64,000 nucleotides of DNA from Phoronis australis (GCA_002633005.1 NMRA01000202.1:229516-293515), one strand, 5' to 3'; numbered from the stretch's first letter, positions 11,931 through 27,700 are shown. Notes: generated by a model not told the origin, from the sequence alone. Numbers and translations are program-made.

Positions 11931-14900
11931 GAAAGTAACGAAGAAAGTTACAACAGGCAGATGTTACACATTCAATCGTACAAAGCCGAATGTTTGAAGC
12001 AGATTTTTTGATAACTCGTTCTCTGGTATAGCTTTCCCTCGTGAGCGCCAGATTCTACTCGAGTTTTCTGTAGCCACAGACTCATCTTTTATATATATTT
12101 TGCATTTTTTTGACAAAAATGCGCTACTGACAGAGTCGATTCGAGGAAAATCAGGCAAAAAATAAGGCGGCGTCCAGACGCCAGCTTCCATAAACACTCG
12201 CGAACACGAACCCAATGGCTGCGTTTCGTAAACGCAGGAAACTCGCGCGGCACTTAGCGAAGATAAATTTTGGCTGATGGAACGAAAGCGATGAATTCTA
12301 TTACATGATTCAGCATTCCAGCCTCGCCAACCAAACACCCCAAGTCCGCCAATCTGCTATCGAACATACTCGTAAAACACGCGCCACGCACGTAAAATTC
12401 ACGATATCTCCAACCGGCAGCCGCATATTGTTTGACACTTTGAAAAAAAATGTCTCAGGAAACACACATCAAAGGTGTGGGGTGCTTTATGATTTTTTTT
12501 CAAACCAGAAATGCTAGTAAGGCATACGTGTATAAGGTAAATCAGTATAATTTCAGTATAATTTCAGTATAATTTGATGTTCTTTTCAGTGTTGCAAGAT
12601 CGCCAACAGTAGGCTACAATGAGTGCAGTACAGAACAACGCATCAAAAACACTAAGCACGCCGATACATGAATATGTACATCATCAAACAGTAGTGATTT
12701 ACAAAATTCTACACGTGACATTCGCAGCTTACATCTAGAAAATACAGCAATCTGTTGTATAAATGGTCTTGGGGATAGACAATAAAAGTTAAATATTACC
12801 GTATTCATGAACTCAACCACCAGCAATACAGCTCGCCAGCATATCACAGATGACTAAGTTATCATTACATTACCGACACCCTTGTTCGCCAGAGGCTGGG
12901 ATTTTCATGCAACTAAAGCAAAAAGGCGCAAATTTACATTAAGACCTACCCAGCGCTAATTACGTCAAGCACAGATTACAACCTTCAATAAATTAAATAA
13001 GCGGAGGCGAATCTTCCGCTTGAAACAATCAATGAACTCCTTTCCTGTCATGTAAAGTAAGGAACGCTAATTCGCCGCATGAAATGACCAAAACAAAGTG
13101 TTCCACGCAAAACGTGAGCCAAAACAATCGTTTTCAAAGATGGCATTGATAAAGATCGATTTCTTTTCTTGGTACGGGATTTTTCATTGATAAAAAGGAA
13201 GGCTTGGTTTGTTTCATTCTAGGCTAACTACTAAGCCAGTCACATTTTCCCAAAAATGGTCACAAACGATTGACTTTATTGTTAATGACAAGAAGAGTGA
13301 ATTTTCATAGGCATCAAAAATGGACCCCAACGGTCAAGAACGTGAGTCCACTGGAACCCTGTTTTGGCAATGTTGAGCGACCACTGCTGCATTGAATTAT
13401 TAGAAAAGTGAATACTTAATCTGAGTTTTTAAAAAGAAAACCATTGCTTTTAGTCCAGTTCTGTGTTTTTAACAGATAGTCACATACTGGGGTTCCCGAT
13501 TTTGAGAAGCAGTCTGATGTAGCTTATTCAGAGAAAACTGATTTTCAAAATGCAGGAGCCCTGTTACCGACCTGTAGCCCCTACTCCCCTGGCAGTTTAA
13601 TCATTAACTACCTGCAACACAGTGTAGGGAAATAATAGTCTTCTTATGAGTTTCCTAACCCAGCAGTGGAAGTAGGATAAATTCATCATCTTGTTGCATA
13701 ATCTTGTTTGTCTAGAACTCTACAGAGGAAAACCAGCACCATTATGCCAACAAGTGGGATAAACATCTACCCAACTTCACATATGCCAAAACCACAGCAA
13801 AAATATCTATTTACCCAGCAATCACTTTCCCCTTTCCTTTCCCAATTCCCTTTCATTGAGCAAATACAAAGTGACCAATGTACCACTATGTCTGTCACTT
13901 TGGTGGATCAAGGGAAGAGACAGCTCTAACACAATACAGAGAAACTGATACACTAGGTTACTCCACATGCACAAAGACAAGGGGAGCGTAAATGCACAGT
14001 CATATATTTTTTTCAACGACCCTCTTAACTTTACTTTCACCAATTTGGAACACAAAAAGTTACATCAATAGAGAGCCAACACTAAAACATTGTCGTTTTT
14101 TACTCTGGCGGGCAATTCTATCATAAAAATGGAGTTCAAAGCCATTCAACAGGGGCAGACACTTCAGCTGTGCACTACCAGAAAAAATTATTTTCAAAAT
14201 TACATAAAAAGGACAATTTCATGAAAAGTGGCTTAAGACCCTAAGTCAGAAATTTGGTCTTAGCTCCACATAATCATTACCGAAAATAATGAAATCTCAA
14301 ACAATCAAAATTAAATAGTATCCGAGACTATATCCATAACTGCTAGTGATAGTCATGGTACAGATCTTTAAAAATGTTACACCACCTATTTTGTGCTACT
14401 TATCTTGCCAGCCATATTTTGCATTAAATAAACGAGACTTTAGGGTAAGTCCAAAATGGTGGTCTTTCCCAGAATTCGCGAATTGCCCAGTACCCACATC
14501 ACGGCTTTCCCACAGGTCACCAGTTAACCCGAAACCCCTGAAAGGGCACCCTACCATGCTACTATGGACTGAGATGTCTACAAGCAGATTTCTGACAGTC
14601 TTGTCTTTAATTGCCAATGAGATCCTTCACATCTGAAGGGACTAGATCTACTAACGATAAATTAAACAACCACTCTGTCATCTGGGAATTAATCCATTAT
14701 CCAAACAACAATGTTAACCTTTTCATGTAATCCTTGAGATTTTTTGCTGTTTTGCGTCACAATGTTAAAATGCTATGCCCTCTGCAATGTTTTTTTTTGC
14801 TATCGGAGTGACAATATTTCTCACATTAATTGCATCAATACAAGCAAAATTGAACAGTGACACTTGTTTAAACAATACATGGAACAACCCAACCTAGCCA

Positions 14901-14935
14901 AGCTTGATGGGGCAAATAATTATACAACCACTGTA

Positions 14936-15340
14936 CAGGGTGTTTCAAAATCCTAGGACACTTTTAACCTTAATTTACTTAAGCATATACGCCCCTCGCA
15001 ATCGAATTGCTTATATGTGAGATGCATATAAGAGTGAACGTAGAAAATTCGCGCACAAAATCTGAAGTGAAGAACAGCCCTCAAACCATAAAAAGACTGT
15101 GAGCACACCAGTTGATGTCTTAGAAGGTAATGCAGTGACTCAGTGCCATGATAGATGAAGCAAACGAATGTTCACGTAATGGAGCCATGCATTTAAAGCA
15201 TGCAAGTTTCAAACAGTAGGCAGGCAATAACTCCCACATACAGGCTATGCTACCAATGAAAACTTTCAAACACATCTTCTCCTTTTCATGCTATTTTTAT
15301 TTATCAAATAAAATTAGTCCCAAAAGTTTGAGACACCCTG
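14936..15340. mobile_element. Tc1/mariner-type MITE
   Basis: TA|CAGGGTGTTTCAAAA ... TTTGAGACACCCTG|TA: TIRs with a TA target duplication. Confidence 0.85.
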
Positions 15341-15650
15341 TAGAGTAGGGTTAGTTATCAATAACAATGGGCATAGTTGGTACGAAATGCCTGAAACTGG
15401 AATGAAACGAAAATATGACCGTTTTACGGCAAAGCTGATACAAGTCTTGCACACTGCTATGTATGCTTTGCTAATTGTTTTTCTACAAAAATGACAATGA
15501 GCACGAGCAATAGGTTGACAAATGGCTTGTTGTTCGACTGCAGGATCAATCATATTTGATTGATGTGTCTGCCTTATCCCAGCACTGAAGCATATGCCAT
15601 TGAAACATTAACCACTTGCTGGGCCACAAGGTGACCATTCTGGATGACAG

Positions 15651-15749
15651 CTAAGAGTTTGTAAAGGAGGCCAGAACGATGCGACCTGCCTCTCTGATAC
15701 CGCTGAGATAGGCTCCTGTCACCGACTGAGGGTATCTCTCATTGGTTGC
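15651..15749 (-). CDS. KDM1B: KDM1B last coding exon ([24 protein letters not shown]...stop)
   Basis: C-terminal FAD-binding helix motif GA..SG.REA; TAG stop. Confidence 0.95.
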   Translation of the reverse strand, partial: ATNERYPQSVTGAYLSGIREAGRIVLASFTNS

Positions 15750-18700
15750 CTGCAACATAGGGAACCAGAAGCCATTAGGAGAATTGACCAATAAGCAACT
15801 CTGATAGAAAATGCCCAGATGAGATGAAGAATGTTTCTGCATTCAGTTACTGGTGACGATTGATTAGCGTTCGCATGCATGAAAACACTGTGTCCACATG
15901 GTGTAGAGTTGTCCAGTTATGACAGAGACTTTTGTCCAGTCACTCAGTGTACACAACAACACTACACACTAAAGCGCAAATTGAGTATTTGAACAATAAT
16001 ATTGGCTAATAAACATTGAATTTAGTATTCATGAACACAAAATACAAGCAGGAGTGCCAACTATTATTTACTAAAAATGCAACTCTGCAGTTGCACACTC
16101 CACATTTTCTAAAAAATCTAGTTGCGCATGACTGAGTGTCTAAACTGAAAATTCTTTGAAATGCCAACAATTCAACACAAATGCAAGGCTCATGCTATTG
16201 GACGGCAAAATTTCCTCAAATCCAAACAAAAGAATGGCCAAAATTATCATTTTTCCTGTTTCAATGCTCACAAATGTATTGCGAAAAATTTCAAAATCTC
16301 AGTGTGTGTTTGCTGGTGAAAGCAATAAATAAAATATACAGATTTCAAACAATCAGAAAAACTATCATCTTTTCTCTTACTGAAAATTTGATGAAATAAA
16401 ATTTTACTGTTCCACCATATTGTGTTCTAATTTATGTTAAAAAATTACGACACCCACTAACTTAACATAATTATCATCGGTTACACAACAATCACACCTA
16501 AAAGGTTAGCGTATACCAACTTCTGTTTTAGAGAGAATTTTTACCAAAACCTCATGAAATCGTCAATCAATATGTGGCAGGTACTCACCTCCCCAGCAAA
16601 GTAGATCCTTGACATAATATCTTCAGCAATAACACTGTATGCGTCTGGCTGGCAGCCAATTGGCATAAAACTGTAAGCTATCCCAGAATGCACATCGTTC
16701 TCCCAGCTGGTGATGAAGAAGCCAGTTGGAGATGGGACATCCTGTACAGCAAAAGTCAAAGATCACTAGGGTTGAACTTAACATGTTTTCTACACGACCC
16801 TCATGAATTGAATTGTTTGGTATGTATTACCTTGTCCACAAGTCTATGTTTGCCAAAAATATACAAAACCATAGTCAGTAAAGGACTCATTGTAAACATT
16901 TTCTGGAAGTAAATAGCCTGTAGTGTTTGATTTTTGCCTTTTTACCAATCTGGGTCATATGACCATGTCTTTTTAGGAAAATTTAGCAAAAAGAAAGGAC
17001 CACTGATAGCAAAACTAGCATGACCAAATTTTGTTCAATAACGCTGTTACAGCTTTCTAAATTGTCATTTCATTCTCGCTTAATGCAGCTGTTGATATTT
17101 TTCATAAAAATCATAAAAATCCTGCACTTTGATACGGCACCTCATACAAAAGTGGAACGACATTTCAATAGGAGTGCATAAGGCGCAGTATCTGAAAGTT
17201 GAATCCAAACGTCCATTTCTGAGACATGATGTTCCAAACTTGGGCAATTTGGACATTTTTCCAAGGTCCTGCATAACCGCCTTCCTGCTACTACAGGGGG
17301 AATAGATGACAGCGAGTTTTCTAGATTTGTAATTCCTCTTGGTAAAAACAATGACCTAGAATTTTTGTTTCTGCGTGCTTTGATAGCGTGATAGAAGAGA
17401 AAGAGTTCAGCCCCCACAAAAAAGTAACGATGTATTTTTCGCATCAATATGAGGACTAAAAATTCTGCCAATAACTTGCTTTGTCTTCACCAGCAAGCTG
17501 AAAAAATTCCAAATGCACAATGTTCTTCAATGATGAGGGTAGTGCATTTGGATTTAACAACGATATGGTAAAAAGTTTTCACTTTTTGACACGATATGGT
17601 AGTTAAGTGGAACTCCATTTTGTCAAAAGGAAATTCTCAAAGGAGTTTTTGTGTTGTTTTTAACGCAGTCTATATGTGTAAGACAAAAGACAGACAATTA
17701 ACGTTTTCTTGTCATGACGGGAATTCTGGGTCATTTTGTCTGAATACTTTTGGCTTGTACAACTGTAGCTGACACCAGAAATTTTGCAAAGTTTTGAACA
17801 CTTGCATTAACACAGCTAGTAAATGGTAATTCTACCATTAGCAGTTACCTAAGTATGTTCCACATTGAAGAGTGTCTACTGCAACATGCATATTCAATAA
17901 AGAGGTATCAAATGCATACTTTCCTTCAAAAAAAAACAACTTATGATTTATACAACTGGTCTTGCAGTGTTCCTTACTCAGTTTTGGAGTGCCCTTTGAG
18001 CGTGGACAGAACTCACTGTATGTAATTTCTTTAGAACAAGATCACTAAATTTCATGTCACGATACAGCCTCAAACTTATACAAGCTCTTTCTGGAGACAT
18101 AACAGGGTGTGGTCGATATCAAATTATGGATTTTTGAGACAAAAGGGGGGTTTGTAATTGCTTTTTATAAGCACCCCCCCCAGAAATCGCTTCCGCATTA
18201 TTTCCAGGTTCTCAGCCACCCCCATGCGTATACCCATGGGTTTATAACCACTTCAAGAGAGGTATCCACACCTACCACATCAGGAAACAACTTCTGCAAG
18301 TTGCTCATTAACAGTTCCATCATTTCTTCATCAGATTTCTTTTTCCGTAACTCCACTGCCTTACCGGATAAGTATGTTGTTAAGATACCAATGTCGAATC
18401 CCTGAGAAAATAGGAAGCATCCAGAAAACCAGCGAACAAATGTTTATAATACCGTGACTAACACCCACACTCTCACTTAGCAATTCAGCCAAAATAATGG
18501 CCTGGGGAATTTAGTCTCAGTTTGAATGTCAATGTTGAATTCGAATTTGTATCTTTAGAGCTGGCCAACCCCAATTCACTACTTGCACACTTTGGAGTTG
18601 CTACAAAAAATAACTGTTACGCATTCTTGGTTAGGACACAATGCCTTGTTTTAGCATCAAATTTTAACAACGTAAGCGTGAAAGCAAGCGTGTTCCAAAC

Positions 18701-21700
18701 ATGCAGAACCAATTTGGATACAACAACTTGTTCTCGAGCATAATGGCGAATTAGTGCAAGTAGTGAATAAACCCTTAGTTGCTGATACACTCAATGTTCC
18801 TGTTGCTATTGGAAATCAAATCCCACTATGACTGCAAGGAATATTACAGGACTGATAGTATGAGTTTAATACCGAGGAAATGTAGTTTAACCTCCCAGTG
18901 CTTAACAACTTTGAGTTATGTTTGAAAAACTCAAGCCTTTTCTGTCGAAACAGCAGAGCACAGATACCTTTTTTCTTTTGCACTAAAAATGATAGTGACG
19001 TGCCCATTACATGTAAAAATAAATAACGTATCAAATAGTTGTTTCTGAGGATTAACACATGGGAAGACTACAATTACGTAAAAGCAGGCATAGTTCGCGC
19101 TATGGTTAGATTTTTGCTCCGTGAGTCCTCTGCTTACTAACCAACCAGTGAGTCTAAAATGCTAGCCAACATAGTCAATGGTTTCAGCTATCAACAAAGC
19201 CCAACGTTCATCTGTGATTAATATAAAGCGGCACAACTAGGGCAGTGTGTTGGACAAGACAGGTAAAATTAATGGCTTACTGTCACATTTTACTAATGCT
19301 GGTGCCCTGAAAGGAAACTCAAACACGAGCATGTCATATGACAAGTGAAGCAGCCTTCTTGCACCATTTTGCATAACACCGAGAAAACAACAAACAGCAG
19401 CCAATAGTAGCAGCTTTTGACATTCACTGAGAACCCGAGGGAGAAATGCTTATCTGCCACAAGTAAGGACACCTAGTGGTGCAGGGGTTGATAGCTGTTT
19501 GAAGGAACATTAGTATTTTTGCAGTTACATGAACACCAACCAGGCAACAAGCTTTTAACTATGTTCAGAGTGATGCTTTTAATATTTATAAATAAAATTT
19601 ACATGACTGCATTCCACTGTAATGTGGAATAGACACATGCACCTCAGCTATCTTCAGTTCCCTTACCGGTGGTGATACATCGTAAAACACGCTACACAAA
19701 CCACGGACGTCGCTGTCACCAGTCACATGACCAAAGCATCCAGCATCGCCGACTTTAGAATTCCAAAATCTCTGGGGGAACTTCACGGCTATCTAAAAAA
19801 CAACACCAGATTTTTGTTGAAGGGAAACAATATGTGCAAAGGATTTCAATCTTGCGAAACTTTATAGGAGTGACCATTTTTGATGTTACAAGATGTGGTG
19901 TGTCATTTTTTTAATTGTTCGCTTTTTAAAAGAAGAAAACCCACACGAGACGAGCAAAAAATATGCAGTTATGTTTTTACTTATCGGCTAACAAACCATG
20001 CTTATGGCTTGTTTATATTATGCTTTTGCTGAAATTGATGCAGGTGTGTGTTTTTTTATTCGCTGAGCACAGGTCATAAAATAAGCCATGTTAGAAACCA
20101 TAACAAACCAGCATGCTTTTTTATCGACCTGTAAAGATATTTTCATAGTTAATTTATTGTTTCCTTGACATGTATTTACCAGCTAGCAAAAGGCTCTCAT
20201 CTTGATCAAAATAACTGACAAAGACTGCGTTCAATAGCGAGTGAATGCAGGACCGAGATGCAGGCCCTTTGTACTAATCATGTCACTCTCAATTGTTGTG
20301 TCATGGCACACCAGTGCAACAGAAATGAATGTGGGAAAATGAATTTCCAAGGTAACCAAAGATCTGACTGACAGGTATTTTTGCTAATGGTAACATTAAA
20401 AATGGTTCGATTTTCCCTTTAAGCATTTGACAAAAGTGTAAATAAAAGCAAAAACTGCAAGGGTCAACAAGTGAAGTACAGGCTCACACTAGAGAGGTAC
20501 GTAATGTAACAAGTTCAAAGGTCAAAACATTGTGAGCTCAAATATAATACCAAACAGATTTTCATTAAAATCTTTCTGTACTGAAACATCAATATTACCT
20601 GTACTTTTAAGAAATTCAAATCAGATTTGATTACCATCGTTCAATGCACTTTGGATAATGACGAGAACGTTGAAAACTCACCGAAATTCAATGCTATACA
20701 TTTCTCACTTAAGCATATAATCAATAACTGTACACTTAAAGCTGAGGTGTGTTCTTTAATTACTGCCTGTAAATTCAGCAGTGATAGGTGTTTACCTTAC
20801 AGCTTGTCTCATGAAGATACAACAAACAAAACCACAGCTTTGAGAACACAATAGGTCCAAAATTTAATGTTTTCTGTATTTCAACACACATGTTTTATAA
20901 AATCACAGTCTGGTTACAGACCGATAATTCCATGTTAGGCAAAAAAGTAAATTTGATTCCAATCTTTACCTCAACTTATTTTGAGACCTGCACTCATAGA
21001 CTAAAAACAATATAACATAAAAATGCTCGTATCGATTTCAGCCAAGGTTTAATGTTTTTTTTGAAAAGCTACACAAAGGCACGTAATATATTAGTCAAAT
21101 CCATCTGAATGAACAGAAAATGTGTTGGCATCTCTGACAATAATTCATAAGCATACTTTTATGAACATCCATCAATGAATGAGATAGATAACATGGCAAA
21201 CACAAAGAGAACCATGATTGCAACTACGGGTGCTCCAGTACAGTTGCATTCATCTCAAAATCTACACTGTTGATTGAACTCTGCTCATCATAAACGCATA
21301 TCAAAATTTCAAAGAGACCCATCAAGGAACAGCTGAATACTACACGTTCCAGATCCAATAACGTATTTAGTAAAGTAACATTTGCTGGTAGCTGTGCGTT
21401 GCGCAAATGAGACGGCATATTAAATACAATTCTTAATAAAATCTATTCAACATGACTCTGTGGTGTAGCAATAATGGAATCACAACTAAATGCAACACTC
21501 AGCCATGAGCCTACAAAATATAGGCTAAAATACACACAGGACAAGCTGAAAATATTCAGCAAAAATAACCAAGGATTCCCCGACACGATGGCTGGAGAGA
21601 AGCTGAATACATAGTCAGAGTAGCCTTCTGTTATGAGTGAGAAGGAAGAGAAATTCAGAGGAACGTTAGTGATGTGCCTAAGTTATTCTTTCCTTATATA

Positions 21701-24700
21701 ACATAATGTAATTTTCCACCTCAACAGTTATTAGCAGGAATTTTTGCTCTTAACAGAGTTAGCTTTCATGACGGGAAAATGTTTTGTCATTATTTTTGTC
21801 TTGTCCGGTATGTGCAAATACTGTACTGTCTGAGACACCTGATAATTTGAAGTGTGTTTTGAAACGCATAAATAATCAGCATTCACTGTACAATATTTTT
21901 GTACAGTATTCACTGTTACTATATCGTTGTACAGTATTCACTGTTACTATACTGTAGAGTATTCCCTGCATTATATTGTTGTACAGTATTCACTACACTA
22001 TATTGTTGTACAATATTCACTGTACTATATTGTTGTACAGTATTCACTGCACTCTATTGTTGTACAGTATTCACTGCACTACATTGTTGTGCAATATTGT
22101 TGTACTGTATTCAGTGTACAATATTGTCGTACAGTATTCACTGCACTACATTGTTGTACAGTATTTATTGTTACTATATTGCTGTACAGTATACAGTGTA
22201 CAATATTCTTGTACAGTATTCACTGCACTATATTGTTGTACAGTATTCACTGCACTATAATGTTGTACAGTATTCAGTGCACTATATTGTTGTACAATAT
22301 TGTTGTACAGTATTCAGTGTACAATATTGTTGTACAGTATTCACTGCACTATATTGTTGTACAGTATTCACTGCACTATATTGTTGTACAGTATTCGGTG
22401 TACAATATTGTTGTACAGTATTTATTGTACAACAATATAGTAAATTTAGTGATGTTTTCTTAAAAAATATTCTTAAACAATAACAATGATCTGTATGGAA
22501 TTTACTTAATTCAACCTAAATGTAAAGCAATATGTTTTGAATTCCAAAGCAAACTCAGGTTGATTTAAAACAATCTTTACTTTATATGTTACTGGTATGT
22601 CATGCTCCAGTAGATAAGGTTATAGAAGGAGTGATAAAACAAATAGCAGCAGACTTTTGAAGAATAGCTTAGTAAAAGCTATTTGACATCCTGATTGTAT
22701 CCAGCTTGAGAACAGATAATATGCTCTTCTGTATTTTATCTTTTGTATTTCACAAGTCTCAGCACTGATCAATAACAACAATATGCTAATGTACTTACAG
22801 CATTTAAAGACAAAAAGCCTTCTTATTGCCTTCCACGCATCATTAAAACCAAACTTTTTTCATTAGGAAAATGTAATTAAGAGAAGATTATGAACTCATT
22901 GAGGAAACCCCAGAGCAAACCAAAAATCTAATAAGCCAACAGGCATCATGGAAAATGAAAAACAAAAACAAAACAATACAATAGAAAAAAGTAAAGCATC
23001 CCAGCATCACAGGTCTTTCGGTCGCACTCTGCTTTTTTATATCAAATAAAGTTTGATCATGTTTTGACACCGTTGCTTCGGTATCAGAATGTACCTTAAT
23101 TTGACTTTTGCTAAACTTTACTAAAAAGGCACGGTCACGTGACCCAATCAGTGGCAGATTAGTAAAAAGTCAAAAATAGAATGCTGCAGAATTTCTACTT
23201 TCAGAAAATATGTACTTTTCAGAGTTAAATTTATAGTTTTTTATACATTTGGCAAAATAAACAAACTTGTCATTAAAGTCCTACATAACAACAGCTTGTT
23301 CTCATACCACAGTCAGTGTTTACTCATCAAACTGGCTGTGATAATGAAATGTTGATTCATTGCAGGCGCAAGTACTTAAAAATATGCCTCAGCATAGGAG
23401 GGTGATGCGCTGATTGTCCCTCCTTTCCAACTCAAGTAACGACTAAGCAGGCTGTTGCTTATTTAGACTGAATCAGTTGAACGACAGGTCAACGTCCAAT
23501 AGGGCAAAAATTTATGGTGGGTGTTGCATTAATTGTCAGTAAAGTCAATTGTATTATAGTTTTTGATTCATTCCTATTAAGCTGTAGTCATGAATTTATT
23601 TACATCACAAGAGGATGGCAGTGGAAATAGTGGTAGTGGCTGAGAGCATGTCCGTCGAAATGCGTCCAGAGGTCTCAACTGTCTTTTATTTTTTGGTAGT
23701 TGGTACAGTAACAACACCGACCACCACTAAATAAAATATTTAAAAAAATATCAAATGATTAATTCTTGAATAATAAATGATATAATTTACTATATCAGCA
23801 TCATGTTAATTGTTAACATTCACTGGACTTGCTAACAATGAATAATTTGCAAGGAGTACTTTTAATGATTTACGATTTGTCAACATAATTAAAGCTGCAA
23901 TTCACCTATTTAACTGTCAATGTGGAATTCTATGATGATAAGGATAATGAAACCAATCTCAAAACCATTAAGGCCTATCTGGATTTTCGTTTTTTGTCAG
24001 CTTAATGGAATAAAACTCACTTTTTATGTCTAAACTGTGGTGATGGTGCAAAATGAACCCATGCTTCCAATGAGACTGGCAGCTAAAAACAGAATTTTTA
24101 GGACAAATTATAGCGCAAAGGATAAAAAGGTAACAATACTGCTTATTGAAAAATTTTTAAAATATGCTGAAACCCGATGCTACACCCCATTCTTTACCTT
24201 TTCAGCAAAGCCGACCCCTAAACTTTGTATGGCCTTTGTTTTTCTCTCCGATAACTCTGGCACAAACTTGATTTTTTCTTTTTTCAAAACTGGAAGAGGC
24301 ACAGTGACCAAAACCTGAAAAGATAAAACACAAAGCATTGTGGGTATAGAATGCACGAGTCATGACACTCTTAGACTCTCTTCCATAGCAAGGATCAAAT
24401 TCTTAAATAATTTGATCAATATTTAATACTAATTTTGTTGACTTATAAGTAGTTTTTATAATACTTGATGACCACAGAATAATATTAAGTGCAAAAATGC
24501 CCAAGATGTTTGTTATCGAATCGTGACTGCATTTTTCAAGAATTTTTGAATTTTCAAGGAGATTACATTTTTTCACATGAAATTCACAAATTGTTTCTTC
24601 ATCTCTATTAGCGACAAACATTTCTTTGAGAGTTTCTTTTCAGGCCTTTATGGCTGATAATTTCGCTGTCAAAAATGAAGAGACCATCATTCCTTGAATG

Positions 24701-27700
24701 AAAAGCCTTGATTCTTAACAGTGCAATTGGGCTGACAGGCATTAATATCAAATCACACACACACTTTTTTAACTAATAGAATAAAGAAAGAAAATTTGCA
24801 AGTGGTGTACAAAAAGTTGTGTTTAGTGAAAAATAGGCTCTGTGAAAAAAAATCACACCTCATTACAAACATCTGTGCCTTGCTTTCATGCACCAAACAA
24901 GATTCTGTGATCAAGGACTTGAAATTAAATGGGTCAACGATTAACATCTAAGTAGAAATAAGTAATTCAATCCTGGTAACGAAGTTAGGCTATTACCTTT
25001 AAACAGAAATACAAACCAGACAAGTACTGGTGGTTTTAAGTTTAATTATAACCGAATATTCCGTACTTCATCAGCAGAGACAGGTAGTACGCAAGGTGTC
25101 TAGACTGCAATATCCAGTAACAATAGCTTACATCAGACAAAACAAGCCAATGCAGTGAATGGTAGCCACAATAAATAGCGACGACAATACAAACTACCCA
25201 ATGTCAGTAAATTTTAAAAATAGACAAAAACAATTAAACATTGCGAAGTGAAATATTCCAGGTAATTTTCTCATTACCAATTCCTTCCCTGCCATTCCAG
25301 CTGTTCAAAAACAATTAAAATTCACCAAAATCTGTTTTTAATAAATTTGTGACTAACTTTTTAAACGTCTAACCTCCAACATTTGACCAGTCCGTCAAGT
25401 AATCACCTCAAATACGACTATGACATACTGCAATCTCTTAACATCCTCTAAAGCAAAAAAGCCGACATGACCAAGAAATGGTGTCTTAGTAAAGGGACAA
25501 TTAACATCGTTCCATACTTCTACAATCCACTGAACACTGAATATTAATAATGACATTATTTCCTAAAAATAAATTTAATTAGACTAAGTGCAATTATTCT
25601 AAAAACACTAAAAACCACATGAGTCTACTAATTACAATGCCATTACTTTAAAAAAACGAGCGCCACTTTTTGAGCTGACGGCCGATTAAAACAGGTTATA
25701 ACTGAGTTCTCTAATGTCCCATTCTGTCCTCTACATTTTACAGTAATTGTTTATTTGGACATACATATATAGTGAATATTTGATATTTAATATGTCACCT
25801 TCTCCATGACATATTTATAGTTATTTTGTTTCAAGTACCATATGGACAATTAGCGTAGTAATGACTTAACAGCAATAACACAATGGATGAAACAAATTAC
25901 AATATTGTGCAGTCTGATACAAGAGATTTTTAACTGTTTGGCTTCTAAATTTGAATTCCTCGTCAAAAGATAGGTTGGCATCAATTTCTCTGAAGAACTA
26001 CAATCCAAATTAGCCAAAAAACATCAACAAAGTTGTGTTTGGGTTTATGGAGCATCATTTAAATCAGGAAGGAAGTGTTCACCTTAATGTAATCATCATG
26101 GGAGATAATCGGTCTGCGTGTCATGATGAGAGACAAAATACTGCAAGGACACTTAAAACCCACAGGATTGAAATCTCGAGTTTGGAAACTGTTGTGGTCT
26201 GGAGTCAAAACTAAATGAGATAATTAGCATTGACATGGTTGTCCGACCTTTCCGAACTTAATTCACTCCATGATAACCACAGGGGAACCCTCAAATCCAT
26301 TGGATGCCAGTAATCAATAAATATGATTGCAAGGGAAATTTTGAGACCAATTTTCAGAGTTAAGTAGCCTACTTAATTCATAAATCCCATTTTCAAGAGT
26401 AAATGCCCCATTTACTACAAGGCTGGCTTGGATGTGGTCACTTACAATGCAGTCAATGGCCTGCCTGGTGCATGCTTATTGTCAGCACAAAACATCAACC
26501 TCTTTTCAGCTAAGGTTTATACTCTGACAATTCACAGACTGGAGCTTTGAAATTCACTAACAAAGTCAGCTTTTCTGGTAAACAACCTTTTGAACACAGC
26601 GCTTCCATGTACAATATTTAATTACATGTGTTTGAGTAATTAATAGGATGGAATTTTAACGTGTCTCAATAAAAAAATAAGTCTCGCCACACCTAACCTG
26701 ATTACTTGTTTTTTGTTTTGAGTAAATGTGCTGTATAACACACACACACTTTCCTGACAGAAATATCCCACTAATCACTGGTTTGGGTACAAATGTGACT
26801 GAATTGCGTGCATGTCAAAACAATTCAGTTAACTTAGAAGGACCAACATCCCCTCCTCCCCCCTCCCCCTATTGCTCCATTGAATAAATAATCTGTCAGC
26901 TGATTGGTCATACACACTGTACCCAATAAATGTATGCTAAACATCATCTGTCAGTAAGAGATTACAAACAGAATAACTGCTAAAACTGATAGTTATTTAG
27001 TTTGACTACATTGAACAAATAGGCAACAAAAACTTTCATATTGTGCAATGACCACACAACCAATGAAAGCGCTCTGAAGACTGACACATGGTGAAAAAAT
27101 TAAACATTTAAACGGCAGATAGATGACAAAACCAAAAACATAAACAATAATGACACCCATGCTTATTACACTTATTTATTGATTTTAGATACCCAGTAAC
27201 GAGCTCTATTTACATACCAAATTTGAAAACGTTCGGTCAAAGGATCACCGCGCAAACATAATTTAAAAAATGGCTGTCATAGCACCATCTTGTGTCTGAT
27301 TTCAACCAAGAACAAGAGTCCTCAGTCTATTGACTAGGTAAACACTACACAAGTTTCAAGTCAATCAGACGAGAACTGCGATCTCTAGCACAAGTATGAT
27401 AGCCTAACAAAGTGCATCTATAATTTACGAGTCAACAATCAACAAAAGAGCAGTAATTTGAGCATTAAAACTCGAATATCGCTAGATCCGTCAAGGAACG
27501 CTAAAGATACGTAACGGCACAAGATATATGTTATTTGGGGAACAGTCCTCCGAAAATCTCGAACAACATGAGGATGGTAAGAACTGGAGAAAAACAAAAT
27601 ATGAGACACTTATGCTAGCACTTGGAATCTCACCACAGAACAAAAAAACAAAAAATCCGACCAGAAACAGCAGAGCTGTTGCTTCGAAACAAAAAAAAAG

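Noticed and set aside
1-12600. Short ORFs of 60-124 aa in the left 12 kb
   Set aside because: No recognisable domains or coherent exon chain; the region is dominated by repeats. A diverged small-exon gene cannot be excluded.
17160-17290. Sequence similar to about 44820-44910 and about 59630-59720
   Set aside because: An ordinary diverged dispersed repeat family with no definable ends.
21899-22483. Cys/Tyr-rich ORFs of 94-194 aa
   Set aside because: Translations of the 27-bp minisatellite.
22590-22700. Minus-strand [11 protein letters not shown] resembling an LSD2 oxidase segment
   Set aside because: Flanked by stops with no usable splice sites; the true exon is at 24314-24198.
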